From the IMG/VR virus record IMGVR_UViG_3300025410_000022, positions 1-55,687 of that record: a stretch of DNA of 55,687 bases. One strand, 5' to 3'. This document shows positions 34,183 to 43,411 of this stretch, one piece after another; the first letter of the stretch is position 1; each line of letters begins with the position of its first letter. Under the pieces are notes generated by a model. That model saw only the letters and a program-made list of their open reading frames with translations. It made no database searches and was not told where the DNA came from. Source of the stretch: a virus. Its lineage: Duplodnaviria > Caudoviricetes. Position numbers and translations under genes: made by a program.

Positions 34183-35801
34183 TAGAAAGCCCTCCGAACG
34201 CGAATGCGGTACGCCCAATTGGCAGAAGTAAGGGTGACAGACGCACCGGAACCGTTCTCAGTGACAAATGCGGCAGTTCCGCCAGTTACGGCAGAAGATG
34301 AGTTTCGGTAACGGTAGGTTAGGCATGGCGCAAAGCCACCAGAACCCACGGCGGTATAAGCATCCTGTATGGTTCCGACCGTTGAATATACACCGTTGTC
34401 AGCCGTCAGACAGAGCAATTCCACCTTAACGTCCTTGAGGCTGGTGCCGAGATTGTCGGCTGCGGTCATGGTGCTGGCGGTGGATGGAAGGCCATTCTGC
34501 CACGCCTGAACATACTGCCCTTGGAAGGCGTAGCTGATCACACTGGAAATGGTGCTGACACCAGCAGTCGCTTCGCCCACACAGACAGTCTGAGTGGCTG
34601 TGAAAGTCGGGTTATTCCCAGAAACGACGGATGCAGCAGACGGGGTTTTCCACTGGTAGTTCACAGTGTCAATCCAGCTTGATGCGTAGCCCGCTGCCGC
34701 AATGTTGGGCAGCGAGACTGGGACGGAATAGGTGGTCCCGGCTGGATGCTGGCAATAGGGCAGGAACTCAAAGCCTTGGGCATTGCCTGTAAGGCGGGTA
34801 TCGGACCCTGATACGTTGACATCCCCAACGTACATCTGGGTCATACCACAAACCTTAACGGCACTTGAAACAGTCTGGTCAAGAACACCGTTGACGTAGA
34901 CAAAATACTTACCCGCCACCGCATCGAAGGTCAGTTCAATGAAGTACCAAGTTCCAGTTACAAGGGTTGCCGTGCCAGTAGTTGCGTTGGCGATATCGTA
35001 AGAAGCAGCAGCAGAAGACAAGTACAGCGTCACCTTCCCTGATGTGCTGATTGTAACCCCTACCCCATAAGGGCCAGACAACAGCATGCACATAAGTCCG
35101 TTTGCCGCCGCCAAGCTGCTCGACTTAAACCAACCGCGCATTGCCCAACCACCGTTACCAAAGCCACTGGGGCTAAATGCTGCGCCATTGTAGCTAAAAA
35201 ATTGGGTTGATCCGTTCAGGACGGCGTAATAGGTGCTAGCGATAGCCGGGGTGGTGTTGGCAAATGTAGCCGAACCTGTGTTGGTCCATGGGTTGCCGAA
35301 ATCGTCTGTGGAGACATTGTTCAGTGTCAGGCTTACGTTTCCCGCTTTATTATACGCAGTGCCGTACTGAGGCGGTGCCAGAGTGGTTGACCAAGTGCTG
35401 GTCGAGGACGAGGCGTAGGTTTGCAAAATATAGTTCAGGGTGTTTGCAGAGCAAGCTGCTGTGTTTCCACCAGATACTAGCTGGCTGATAACGTCACTTG
35501 CGCCGCTGGTACCGAAACCATTTGCGTAGCTGGTCGTCAGCGGAACCGTGGCTGTGTAAGCCGGGGTCAGGCCAGAGCCAGTGGTCAAAAACGAAGGCAC
35601 ACCTGAACTGGAATCGCCATCAAGAACGGTTTGTCTCACGCCACCGCTGGTGCCGCCACTTCCGACAATATGCCCACCCAGCGTTACGCCGTCATGGATG
35701 CGAATGTTATAGGCGGTGGTATCGACAGAGATGGCCCCCGAGGGATGCGCCACCGCGTTGTTCTGGCTGGATGTACCGTTTGGCGGAATCAAAACGCCCA
35801 T
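34182..35801 (-). CDS. Tail fibre / receptor-binding protein with Mtd_N-like N-terminus and LamG/concanavalin-like domain
   Basis: GAISVDTTAYNIRIHDGVTLGGH; GTWYFIELTFD...YFVYVNGVLD. Confidence 0.75.
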   Translation of the reverse strand: MGVLIPPNGTSSQNNAVAHPSGAISVDTTAYNIRIHDGVTLGGHIVGSGGTSGGVRQTVLDGDSSSGVPSFLTTGSGLTPAYTATVPLTTSYANGFGTSGASDVISQLVSGGNTAACSANTLNYILQTYASSSTSTWSTTLAPPQYGTAYNKAGNVSLTLNNVSTDDFGNPWTNTGSATFANTTPAIASTYYAVLNGSTQFFSYNGAAFSPSGFGNGGWAMRGWFKSSSLAAANGLMCMLLSGPYGVGVTISTSGKVTLYLSSAAASYDIANATTGTATLVTGTWYFIELTFDAVAGKYFVYVNGVLDQTVSSAVKVCGMTQMYVGDVNVSGSDTRLTGNAQGFEFLPYCQHPAGTTYSVPVSLPNIAAAGYASSWIDTVNYQWKTPSAASVVSGNNPTFTATQTVCVGEATAGVSTISSVISYAFQGQYVQAWQNGLPSTASTMTAADNLGTSLKDVKVELLCLTADNGVYSTVGTIQDAYTAVGSGGFAPCLTYRYRNSSSAVTGGTAAFVTENGSGASVTLTSANWAYRIRVRRAF

Positions 35802-35812
35802 GATGAACCCTC

Positions 35813-36454
35813 TTAGCTAACCGTTCCGAAGTTGATCGCCTGCTGCGACCCGCTCGACGTCGTGACGGTGGATATTGTAATACCAGAATCTTGCAGGATT
35901 GTACCTGTTGTACCGTTAAACGTGGCGATATGCCCGGATACTGACGATGCAGGCCCGACCACGTTGCCCGCGCCCGAGGGGGTTGTCCACGTCCCATCGC
36001 CGCGAAGATAGGTCGAACTGGAAGGGGTCCCGGTAATTGCAGGGATAGCAGTGACGGACACTATGGCCCGTCCCGTCGAAGGAAGGTATGCCAAAACTTT
36101 CCACGCCCCGGAGCCTTGGTACTGGCAGATCATGCAGTCGTTTGCATTGGTGGTGATGTTTACCGCACCAGGAAGGATGAGCGTAGAAGCGTTATAGCTG
36201 ACGGTTGCCGCCCCAGAGAACACGACAAAATAAATAGGATTGCTGGACGAAGCACTTGACCCAAAAGACGATATCGTTGCCGTGCCAGTTATGTTTACGC
36301 AGATCGTCCCCGCAGTCCCGAGGTCTGTCGTGGCAGCCGAGGCTAGAGTTTGTGCTGGACCCCAGAAAGGAATCGTATTGAAGTTGGCGTCCAAATACGA
36401 CATTTGGGCTGCGGTCAAGCTTGCAAAAACATATGGGTATGTAGGTGCAGTCAT
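35813..36454 (-). CDS. Short tail fibre-like protein
   Basis: YLDANF, LASAATTDLG, ITGTATISSFG, LILPGAVNITT, STYLRGDGTW, GHIATFNGTTG. Confidence 0.75.
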   Translation of the reverse strand: MTAPTYPYVFASLTAAQMSYLDANFNTIPFWGPAQTLASAATTDLGTAGTICVNITGTATISSFGSSASSSNPIYFVVFSGAATVSYNASTLILPGAVNITTNANDCMICQYQGSGAWKVLAYLPSTGRAIVSVTAIPAITGTPSSSTYLRGDGTWTTPSGAGNVVGPASSVSGHIATFNGTTGTILQDSGITISTVTTSSGSQQAINFGTVS

Positions 36455-36461
36455 AGAAGCC

Positions 36462-38615
36462 TCAAATCGTCAACTGGTATTGCTGATAGATCGTCGTCAA
36501 AGACACCACGGTGAAATCAGATGAAGAGGATTGTACCGTCAGTCCGAGCAAGACACCAGCCGTATCAAGCGGCTCATACCCTACCGGAACCCCCGCAATA
36601 AGCCAATACGCCGTACCACTGGTGGCCGTCCAAGTGGTAGCACCAACTATGCCGCTTGCCCATGCCACCGCGTTGGGTATGAAATTACTCAGCGTCTGGG
36701 ACGTCCCTCGCTCATTCTCGATCAACGTCGTAAGAATGGCGGGTTGGGTGATGGTCGTATTTTGAAGAAGGACGTAAAGCCGAACAGCATGTTTGGTCAT
36801 CATATAAGACGGCTTATCCCACAACTTGGAACGCACCGTTTTGGTAATGTTGGTGGAAGCCGCCTGGAACAGGGGGTAGACCAAGTTACCATCGGTGCCA
36901 TACGCAGTCATCACCGACGAATACTCGCGGTAAGTGACGAAAGTCAGGGCGTTGCCCGCCGCTACAGTAAGACCTGTGTTGCCCGGAACGCCGCCGCTGG
37001 TTCCTGATAAATATTGTGAAGCCGTCCACCAGCGATGGCCGTCCCACATAAGAAGCGCGTTACGAGGTAGCCCTGTGATCTGGTCGGTAATCGGGAACAG
37101 CAGCATGTAGACGTGAATGTCAAACACGGTTGCAACGGCCGCGGATGGCAAGAACGTAGCGGGCACCGTAGTGTTTTGCAAAATACCGTCAAGCGGACCA
37201 GAGACCTTTTCAACCGCGCCGCCGTAGATCGCGTGGATGCCAAGCGCATTGGCAAAAACAATGGCGCGGGAATACACCTGGGTCGAACTTGCCCACGGGG
37301 TGCCAAGCTGGGGATCGACGTTCTGGTTGGTGAAAGTCGTTGTCGCCGGGGTGCCGGAAGTCTGAACGCCCGAGATGTAATTCACCGACGAGTCCGCGAT
37401 GGTGTACAGGAAGCCCGATGATTGCTTGAGCGACACATATTGTTGCTTCAAGAAAGAATCCGACGACTGGAACGCACCACCCCCGTCAGGGGTGCCGAAG
37501 TCCGATACGGAACCCGGCGCTGACAAATATATGTTTGCGCCGTTCGCCACCCAGACGTGGGAAGAATAAATCTCTACTGAACTCCCGCTGATGCCGAACG
37601 GCATGAGACTAGTCGTGGCTGTGGCGCAAGGGCTGCCGCCGCCCGTCACTTGGAGGACCGGGGTTAACGTATACCCATTGCCGCCGTTTGTCACAGTGAC
37701 GGAAGTTACAGCCCCTCCCGCCGCAACGGGGGTCAACGTCGCTGCCGTAGAATAATTGCCACCGCCAAGAACTGTGATTGTGGGGGCTTGCGTATAACCC
37801 GTCCCGCCGTTAACGACGGTGACGCTGGTGATTTTGCCGCCACTCATAACCGGGGTAAGAATGGCCGTAGAGGCCCCGCTACCGCCGCCAGTGAAGTTGA
37901 TGGTTATCTGATCCCCGACTTTATATCCGCTCCCCGCAGACGTAATGACAACGGAGGTAACCGCCCCGTTTGACACCTGGGCCGTAAGCGCAATTCCGCT
38001 TCCGCTGCCTCCGCTTACACTGACCGTCGGGGCCGAGGTATAGCCCAGCCCGCCGTTTGTGACGACCACTTGAGGGCCTATCGTACCGGCCGTATGAAGA
38101 GTGCTTTGCTGGGCGTTCCACACCCAATACCCATTGGTCTGCGACGAACAGAAAAGAAGGTACTGGTTACTCCATTGCGCCACGCCGGGAGGGGCTGCCG
38201 GGGCTGCCGTAGTGATTGTCCCCGCAGGGGCAATAGTGGTGACCGCATTGGTGTTGAGGTTAAGCTGGTACACCCCGCCACCCGAGCCTGCGTTATAACT
38301 GGTGAAGGCCACCATATAAGCTTGGTAGTTTGAATTGCCGAGGGTGCCCTGGCCGGAATTAAAGAAGAAGAAATTGACGATCTGCTGCCCGTCCGGGGTG
38401 GCAAAGATCGGAGCCCCCGCATCCCACAGAGTGCGGAGATTGTTCTTGCCGATAGGCATAAAATTGTCGCACCAGTACATCTCCTGTTCCTGAATACCGG
38501 GGCGGGATGCGCGAGTGTTCAGGCCTTCAAACCCATCAAAGATGAAAGCATCAAAGCCCGACGGTAAACCGGGGATCGGTTGTTGGGAAGCGGGCGGGCT
38601 AAAATCACCGGCCAT
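36462..38615 (-). CDS. Tail nozzle / packaged-DNA stabilisation protein with four inserted repeats
   Basis: FEGLNTRASRPGI N-terminus; IYLSAPGSVSDF; beta-rich; follows the adaptor. Confidence 0.75.
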   Translation of the reverse strand: MAGDFSPPASQQPIPGLPSGFDAFIFDGFEGLNTRASRPGIQEQEMYWCDNFMPIGKNNLRTLWDAGAPIFATPDGQQIVNFFFFNSGQGTLGNSNYQAYMVAFTSYNAGSGGGVYQLNLNTNAVTTIAPAGTITTAAPAAPPGVAQWSNQYLLFCSSQTNGYWVWNAQQSTLHTAGTIGPQVVVTNGGLGYTSAPTVSVSGGSGSGIALTAQVSNGAVTSVVITSAGSGYKVGDQITINFTGGGSGASTAILTPVMSGGKITSVTVVNGGTGYTQAPTITVLGGGNYSTAATLTPVAAGGAVTSVTVTNGGNGYTLTPVLQVTGGGSPCATATTSLMPFGISGSSVEIYSSHVWVANGANIYLSAPGSVSDFGTPDGGGAFQSSDSFLKQQYVSLKQSSGFLYTIADSSVNYISGVQTSGTPATTTFTNQNVDPQLGTPWASSTQVYSRAIVFANALGIHAIYGGAVEKVSGPLDGILQNTTVPATFLPSAAVATVFDIHVYMLLFPITDQITGLPRNALLMWDGHRWWTASQYLSGTSGGVPGNTGLTVAAGNALTFVTYREYSSVMTAYGTDGNLVYPLFQAASTNITKTVRSKLWDKPSYMMTKHAVRLYVLLQNTTITQPAILTTLIENERGTSQTLSNFIPNAVAWASGIVGATTWTATSGTAYWLIAGVPVGYEPLDTAGVLLGLTVQSSSSDFTVVSLTTIYQQYQLTI

Positions 38616-38618
38616 GGG

Positions 38619-39530
38619 TTACCCCCGACCGTATGGGCTAACCGTCACCATGGGCTGCGAGAAGGCGCGAGCCCGCTTAACAAACTTATCGTACTCGCGC
38701 CACATGCGGTCGGCGTCAGCCAAACGATTGGTTCCGCTCAAAGCCAAATAGGAGGCGAAGAATGGTACAGCATCGGTCCATGGGTACGGGATAACCTCGA
38801 CCGTGGCATCGGTGACCAAAGCTATGGGCAAGCAAATGCAATCCCACTCCATGGTGTATCCCGTGTTGGCAACCGGATAGAGGTAGAACGACCCGCTGAC
38901 GCCTTGCCCGTATTGGCATCCGATGGCCGGGATATCCTGATAGGAATTTGACCAGTTACGAATTTGGGCTTGGTACATGGAAAAGGATTTACGCTGTACG
39001 GTATAGCGGAGATTACCCCAAATGATGGACACACCTTTGACCGCCAAAACTTGCGAGTACCCCGCCACATTGGCAAAAGTGATGAGAGAGAACGGGTAGA
39101 CTTCTTGCCCCTGGACCGTAACCATGCCCGCTTCATTGCCACCACCCACAGCGGCCAGGGTCGGGGCCACAGTATAGCCAGTGCCGCCCGACACAACCGT
39201 GACCGAAGTAACCGTGCCGCCGGAAACAACAGCCATGAACGTAGCTGCGGTGGAGTAACTGCTGCTGGTCACAGTGATTGTGGGAGATGCAACATACCCA
39301 GACCCACCCGACACTACGGTGACCGAAGTTACAATCCCGCCCGCGATGTTTGCGGTGAAAGAGGCGTAGCTGGTGGGTGCCGACGTCGCAAGATAGCGAA
39401 CGCATTGGGACTCGGCGGCGATTTGGTTCCGCGCCGTGTTGATGTAATTTATGATTGTTGCGTTGGTATACAGATTACCCGAGGGGTTCCCCAGCAAGTT
39501 GAGCGTCTGCGAGATGTAGGTTGCTAGCAT
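38619..39530 (-). CDS. Head-tail adaptor with two inserted repeats
   Basis: IINYINTARNQIA; GQEVYPF; FYLYPVA; IPYPWTDAVPFFASYLA. Confidence 0.75.
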   Translation of the reverse strand: MLATYISQTLNLLGNPSGNLYTNATIINYINTARNQIAAESQCVRYLATSAPTSYASFTANIAGGIVTSVTVVSGGSGYVASPTITVTSSSYSTAATFMAVVSGGTVTSVTVVSGGTGYTVAPTLAAVGGGNEAGMVTVQGQEVYPFSLITFANVAGYSQVLAVKGVSIIWGNLRYTVQRKSFSMYQAQIRNWSNSYQDIPAIGCQYGQGVSGSFYLYPVANTGYTMEWDCICLPIALVTDATVEVIPYPWTDAVPFFASYLALSGTNRLADADRMWREYDKFVKRARAFSQPMVTVSPYGRG

Positions 39531-39562
39531 CTAAAGACGCTCCCCTTGCTGGAGCCCTAGGA

Positions 39563-40696
39563 TTAGACCGGCTGGATGAACAGGTAATCCGTCACCGAAC
39601 CGAGAGTGGCCGAAGCCACCGCGACCGTGGTCGGGGCCGCAGTACCGATGGTGGCACCGATGGTCAACGCCGGGGCCGCCTGGAACAGGCCGCCGTCGAT
39701 CAAGCCCGTTTGCGGCGTAGAAATCGCCTGGGTCGAGACCGTGGTGGTGGACATCGTGGCTGAGATCTGCGCCTGACGGGGCAAGAAGTAGCCAGCACCA
39801 ATCGCCGGATTGGCGATGGTCGGGGTGGCCGTGGTCAGACCGCCAACAGTGTTGATCGAGGCCGCGGTGTTGGACGAATAGCCCGTACCAGCGGTCGAGA
39901 CCGTAACCGAGGTGATGGTCAAGCACATGACCGGGGTCGCCGTAGCCGAAGCACCGCCGCCGCCCGAGATGGTCAGGGTCGGAACCGCCGCAATCGGGGT
40001 GCCCGGATTGGTGCAAACCACCGCAGTAACCGTACCGGAACCGCCGAGAACCGCCGTAGCCTTAGCCGTCGTAACCGAGACCGTCGAGGTGGTCTGGTAA
40101 TTCGGGTCCATGGAGTTCGGGACAATGGTCACGGTCGGGGCCGAAGTGTAGCCCGCGCCCTGATTGTCCACGACGATGGAGGTAACCGCGCCGCCCGAGA
40201 TAACGGCGTGAGCCGTGGCCGGGATGCCACCGTTCGGCGGGGCCGACAGGAAGACGTTGGGGGCCATGGTGTAGTTGGTACCGCCAGCAGACACGGTGAC
40301 CGAGGTCACAGTACCGCCGAGAATAGCCTGCCAGGTCGAGGAGCCCGAAGACACGGTGACGGTCGGGGTCGAGGTGTAGCCGGTACCGGCGTTGGTCACC
40401 ACGGCACCGACGGGGCAGCCGGTCAGGTTGGCGATGCGATAGTTCGCGCCGTCCGACTGAACCAGAGCGGCACCGCTGGGGCCCGCGCTGAAGGCGAACC
40501 ACAGGTTAGAGACAGGGTCCAAGACCTGGAGGGTCGAGTAAGGACCAGGCTGCACCCAGTAGGTTCCCGCCGGGATGGTGTACACTTCGCCAGCCGGGAG
40601 GCTGATGCGGTTGGCACCACCGAACGGGGTATTACCCAGGGTGTTAGTAGGAAGCGGAAGAGCAACGCCCGCGCCGCCAATTGCATTAAGAGCCAT
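39563..40696 (-). CDS. Putative capsid decoration protein with five VTSVT..GxGY..P repeats
   Basis: Directly after the MCP; GAGGA RBS; T/S/G/V-rich. Confidence 0.7.
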   Translation of the reverse strand: MALNAIGGAGVALPLPTNTLGNTPFGGANRISLPAGEVYTIPAGTYWVQPGPYSTLQVLDPVSNLWFAFSAGPSGAALVQSDGANYRIANLTGCPVGAVVTNAGTGYTSTPTVTVSSGSSTWQAILGGTVTSVTVSAGGTNYTMAPNVFLSAPPNGGIPATAHAVISGGAVTSIVVDNQGAGYTSAPTVTIVPNSMDPNYQTTSTVSVTTAKATAVLGGSGTVTAVVCTNPGTPIAAVPTLTISGGGGASATATPVMCLTITSVTVSTAGTGYSSNTAASINTVGGLTTATPTIANPAIGAGYFLPRQAQISATMSTTTVSTQAISTPQTGLIDGGLFQAAPALTIGATIGTAAPTTVAVASATLGSVTDYLFIQPV

Positions 40697-40709
40697 TTGC
40701 CATTCCTCC

Positions 40710-41732
40710 TTAGAATGCGCCGCCGGTGATGCCGGTGAGGGTCGCGCCAGAAGTGGGCTTCGTGGTGATCACGTTGTAGCCCAGGATCATAACGCCGATC
40801 TGACCGATCTGCTGCAAGGGGATCAGCGAGTAGAAACCGGAGAAAGCGAAGAACGCATCCTCGGAGACATACATGCTGGTGTACTTGGAGTTAACCGCAT
40901 ACGCAGCGCCCTTGGGGCAGAAGTGATCCATGAAAATCGGGATACCGTTGACGTTCAAGTTCGGGAAGCCCGACCGAGCGCCAGTGTCCATTGACCACCG
41001 CTGGCCCGGAACGAGGTAGTTCGTTTCCGTACCGATGAAGTTCGCTTGCAGAGAAGCGAAGTCCGACGGGGACATGACCACGAAGTCGGGGGCTTCGCCG
41101 CCCGCCTGATCGGTGATCTGGATCAACAACGAGGACATACCGGCGCGGGTCGTGGTGTTGGTACCCACCGAAGTGAAGTACTGACCTTGCCAGAACGAGT
41201 TGCCCGCGGCCGTGCGGCTGATGCCGCCGTAAGTGGTCGCATTGGTGCCATTGTCGAAGGCGTCAACGAAAGACGACGGCATCAAGCTGTTCGCGGTGTT
41301 GTTGGAGAAGATGGCCGAGCCCATCTGCTGGGCGGTAACCGCCTTGACGTCGTTCATACGAACGTCGAGGATCGGGATCACCGCCTCAGTGGACTGAAGC
41401 AGGGCTTCGCCAAGCACCAGCGGGACCGGCACGACGTAGTAGGAAAGGTTCCACTGGCCGTCTTGGATGCCGGGGATGACTGCGGGCTTGTTGAACGCGC
41501 CCGAGTAGGCGGTCCAAGCACCCTGCACCATCGACGCACCCTGGACAGGAGCGGTGATCTGCGACAGACCGCCTGCGGCCTTCTGGGCATTACCCAGCAG
41601 CAAGCACATGGCGGGGGCCGAGTAGTATAGGTTGACAGTGACCTTCGGAATGAACGCCCGCCGAGTTACGGCATTGATCTCATTGTAAATTGCGCCGGTC
41701 CCAGGGACGACGCCGGTGCCAGGAATCGGCAT
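40710..41732 (-). CDS. Major capsid protein
   Basis: 340 aa after the scaffold; AVTRRAFIPKV, TYGGISR, PDFVVMS, NGIPIFMDHFCPKG. Confidence 0.88.
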   Translation of the reverse strand: MPIPGTGVVPGTGAIYNEINAVTRRAFIPKVTVNLYYSAPAMCLLLGNAQKAAGGLSQITAPVQGASMVQGAWTAYSGAFNKPAVIPGIQDGQWNLSYYVVPVPLVLGEALLQSTEAVIPILDVRMNDVKAVTAQQMGSAIFSNNTANSLMPSSFVDAFDNGTNATTYGGISRTAAGNSFWQGQYFTSVGTNTTTRAGMSSLLIQITDQAGGEAPDFVVMSPSDFASLQANFIGTETNYLVPGQRWSMDTGARSGFPNLNVNGIPIFMDHFCPKGAAYAVNSKYTSMYVSEDAFFAFSGFYSLIPLQQIGQIGVMILGYNVITTKPTSGATLTGITGGAF

Positions 41733-41748
41733 GGTTTACTCTCCTAAG

Positions 41749-42336
41749 TTAACGATCGCGCCAGTTAGGCGCACGGAACTCATTCAGAACTTCGTTAACC
41801 ATCTTGCGAGAGAAGGCGTCGGGGTCTGACATGAGTAGCTTGTGGTCGGCGTCACTCTCAGCAGGCTTTGCAATATCCCAAGCCTTGCTGAAGTTAACCG
41901 GCGCGACCATTTCCTCTTTGGCGGGGTTCTTCTTGGCGTACACGGCCTCGGCGTGGTCGTAGTTCGCCAACCCTTCCGCCTCCATCAACTTCTCGACGGC
42001 CTCGATACCTTCATCGGTATAACCCAACTTGCGAAGCTTAGACCGACCGTCGCGGACGATGGACTCGAACTTCTTCTCGAGTTCCTTCTGCTGGGCGGCT
42101 TCTTCCTTTTCGGACATGCCCTTCTTGAGACCGTCAATTTCCTTGCGAAGGGACTCGGTCTCAGACAAGGCGGCCTGCTTGGCTTCGTACTCGGGAATGA
42201 CCACCGACGGGTCCACTTCCTTGATCAGGGCGTGGAGACCGGCACGGGTCTTGGGGTTATTGCCGATACGGTCGAACAGCGCCTTTGCGCTGCTCTTCAC
42301 GTTATAATCGGCCTCATCGACTTCCATCAGCGGCAT
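41749..42336 (-). CDS. Putative scaffolding protein
   Basis: Charged helical protein immediately upstream of the MCP. Confidence 0.7.
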   Translation of the reverse strand: MPLMEVDEADYNVKSSAKALFDRIGNNPKTRAGLHALIKEVDPSVVIPEYEAKQAALSETESLRKEIDGLKKGMSEKEEAAQQKELEKKFESIVRDGRSKLRKLGYTDEGIEAVEKLMEAEGLANYDHAEAVYAKKNPAKEEMVAPVNFSKAWDIAKPAESDADHKLLMSDPDAFSRKMVNEVLNEFRAPNWRDR

Positions 42337-42353
42337 GATGGCGGTTCCTTATA

Positions 42354-42521
42354 TTACGAGGACTTGGTGTGGTCGATAACCAGATCGTTCCGAGTGAACG
42401 CCGGTTTCGTATGCGACTTGCGGGCACCGATGTCCGACTTATCGAAATCAATGCGGAAAACCCGTTTGTCGTTATCGGGGATAGCCCGTTCGGGCATTTC
42501 GAAGTAAGGGGCCTTAGCCAT
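42354..42521 (-). CDS. Small hypothetical protein, 55 aa (absent from ORF track)
   Basis: AAGGA RBS; MAKAPYFEMPERAIPDNDKRVFRIDFDKSDIGARKS... Confidence 0.7.
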   Translation of the reverse strand: MAKAPYFEMPERAIPDNDKRVFRIDFDKSDIGARKSHTKPAFTRNDLVIDHTKSS

Positions 42522-42532
42522 GATCGTAATCC

Positions 42533-42952
42533 TTATTCCGCTGCGGGGGGAGGCGCGGGTGGAGGCGCAGCCCCGCCACCCTGCTGTTGTTGCATTTGAC
42601 GCATCAAACCATCCATCGGGGCCTGCTGGCGTTGCTGGAGGGCGAGTTGCTGCGCCATTGAATTTTCAATACCCTGCGAGGTCGTACCTGGCGGAACCAT
42701 CTTGCCAAGGTCCTCGATGCATTTAAGAAGCTTCTTCCCCGGCTCGGTCTCAGGACCGAGGCCGGGGAGAGCCGCAATTAAGAGGTCCATAGCCGACTTG
42801 ACCTTGGAAAGGGACGCCACTTGCAGCCCGCGATTGGGCGTAGGAAGGGACATCGGGGAGGAACCGATTGGCGGTTGACCCGGTGTTCCCCCTGCTCCAG
42901 CAGGCGCTGGAGCGGGTGACGGCATTCCAGGGGTGGGGACGGCCGTGGACAT
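42533..42952 (-). CDS. Pro/Gln-rich head-module protein
   Basis: Helical core flanked by P/Q/G-rich tails. Confidence 0.7.
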   Translation of the reverse strand: MSTAVPTPGMPSPAPAPAGAGGTPGQPPIGSSPMSLPTPNRGLQVASLSKVKSAMDLLIAALPGLGPETEPGKKLLKCIEDLGKMVPPGTTSQGIENSMAQQLALQQRQQAPMDGLMRQMQQQQGGGAAPPPAPPPAAE

Positions 42953-42956
42953 CTAA

Positions 42957-42995
42957 TTACTTGCGCTTACCGCGATGCGAACGACGCTTAGCCAT
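42957..42995 (-). CDS. 12-aa basic micropeptide MAKRRSHRGKRK
   Basis: Perfect AGGAGG 5 nt upstream of the ATG; its stop is 4 nt before the next ATG. Confidence 0.6.
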   Translation of the reverse strand: MAKRRSHRGKRK

Positions 42996-43002
42996 AGTGG
43001 CC

Positions 43003-43073
43003 TCCTGCGACAGGGGTTAAGCCCTCCAGGGGTTCCTCTTTCAACCGCCGACCTGTAGCTTAACGCCGCAGGA
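43003..43073 (-). promoter_or_regulatory. Structured 5' leader hairpin overlapping the SD sequence
   Basis: Nested pairings TCCTGCG/CGCAGGA, GTTAAGC/GCTTAAC, CAGG/CCTG, GGTT/AACC. Confidence 0.55.
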
Positions 43074-43216
43074 AGCATGTTGTGCCCCAGGAGTAGCAGT
43101 CCAGACTTTGCGGCCAAACCACCTATGGGGTCAACGAACCGCGCCTTCCGAAATTTGTTCCCTTTGTACTTCTGCATTCTGTGTTATCTTTTGTTAGTTT
43201 TCATTACGAGGACGCC

Positions 43217-43411
43217 ATGGCTGACCCACCGCTGATGACTGTGAAAGAGGCTGCCCAATATTGTCGGGTAACCCCCGCCTTCTTCTACAAACAAGACCCC
43301 AAAACCCCGCGACCCCCACACATTCGGATCGGGCGTAAGATGATGTTCCGCAAGGACCATCTGGACGCTTGGTTGTTGCATCAGACGAAAGGACTTCCTG
43401 ATGTCGGTTAA
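43217..43411 (+). CDS. HTH_17 (excisionase/AlpA-like) DNA-binding protein
   Basis: LMTVKEAAQYCRVT...PPHIRIGRKMMFRKDHLDAWL; GAGGA RBS. Confidence 0.85.
   Translation: MADPPLMTVKEAAQYCRVTPAFFYKQDPKTPRPPHIRIGRKMMFRKDHLDAWLLHQTKGLPDVG

Noticed and set aside
34182-35801. Diversity-generating retroelement suggested by the Mtd_N-like motif
   Set aside because: No reverse transcriptase ORF and no TR/VR pair with adenine-specific mismatches were seen.
40710-40760. Programmed frameshift extending the major capsid protein
   Set aside because: No slippery heptamer near the stop, and the next gene has its own RBS.
43217-43411. Excisionase indicating an integration module
   Set aside because: No tyrosine or serine recombinase was recognised, and HTH_17 proteins are often plain regulators.
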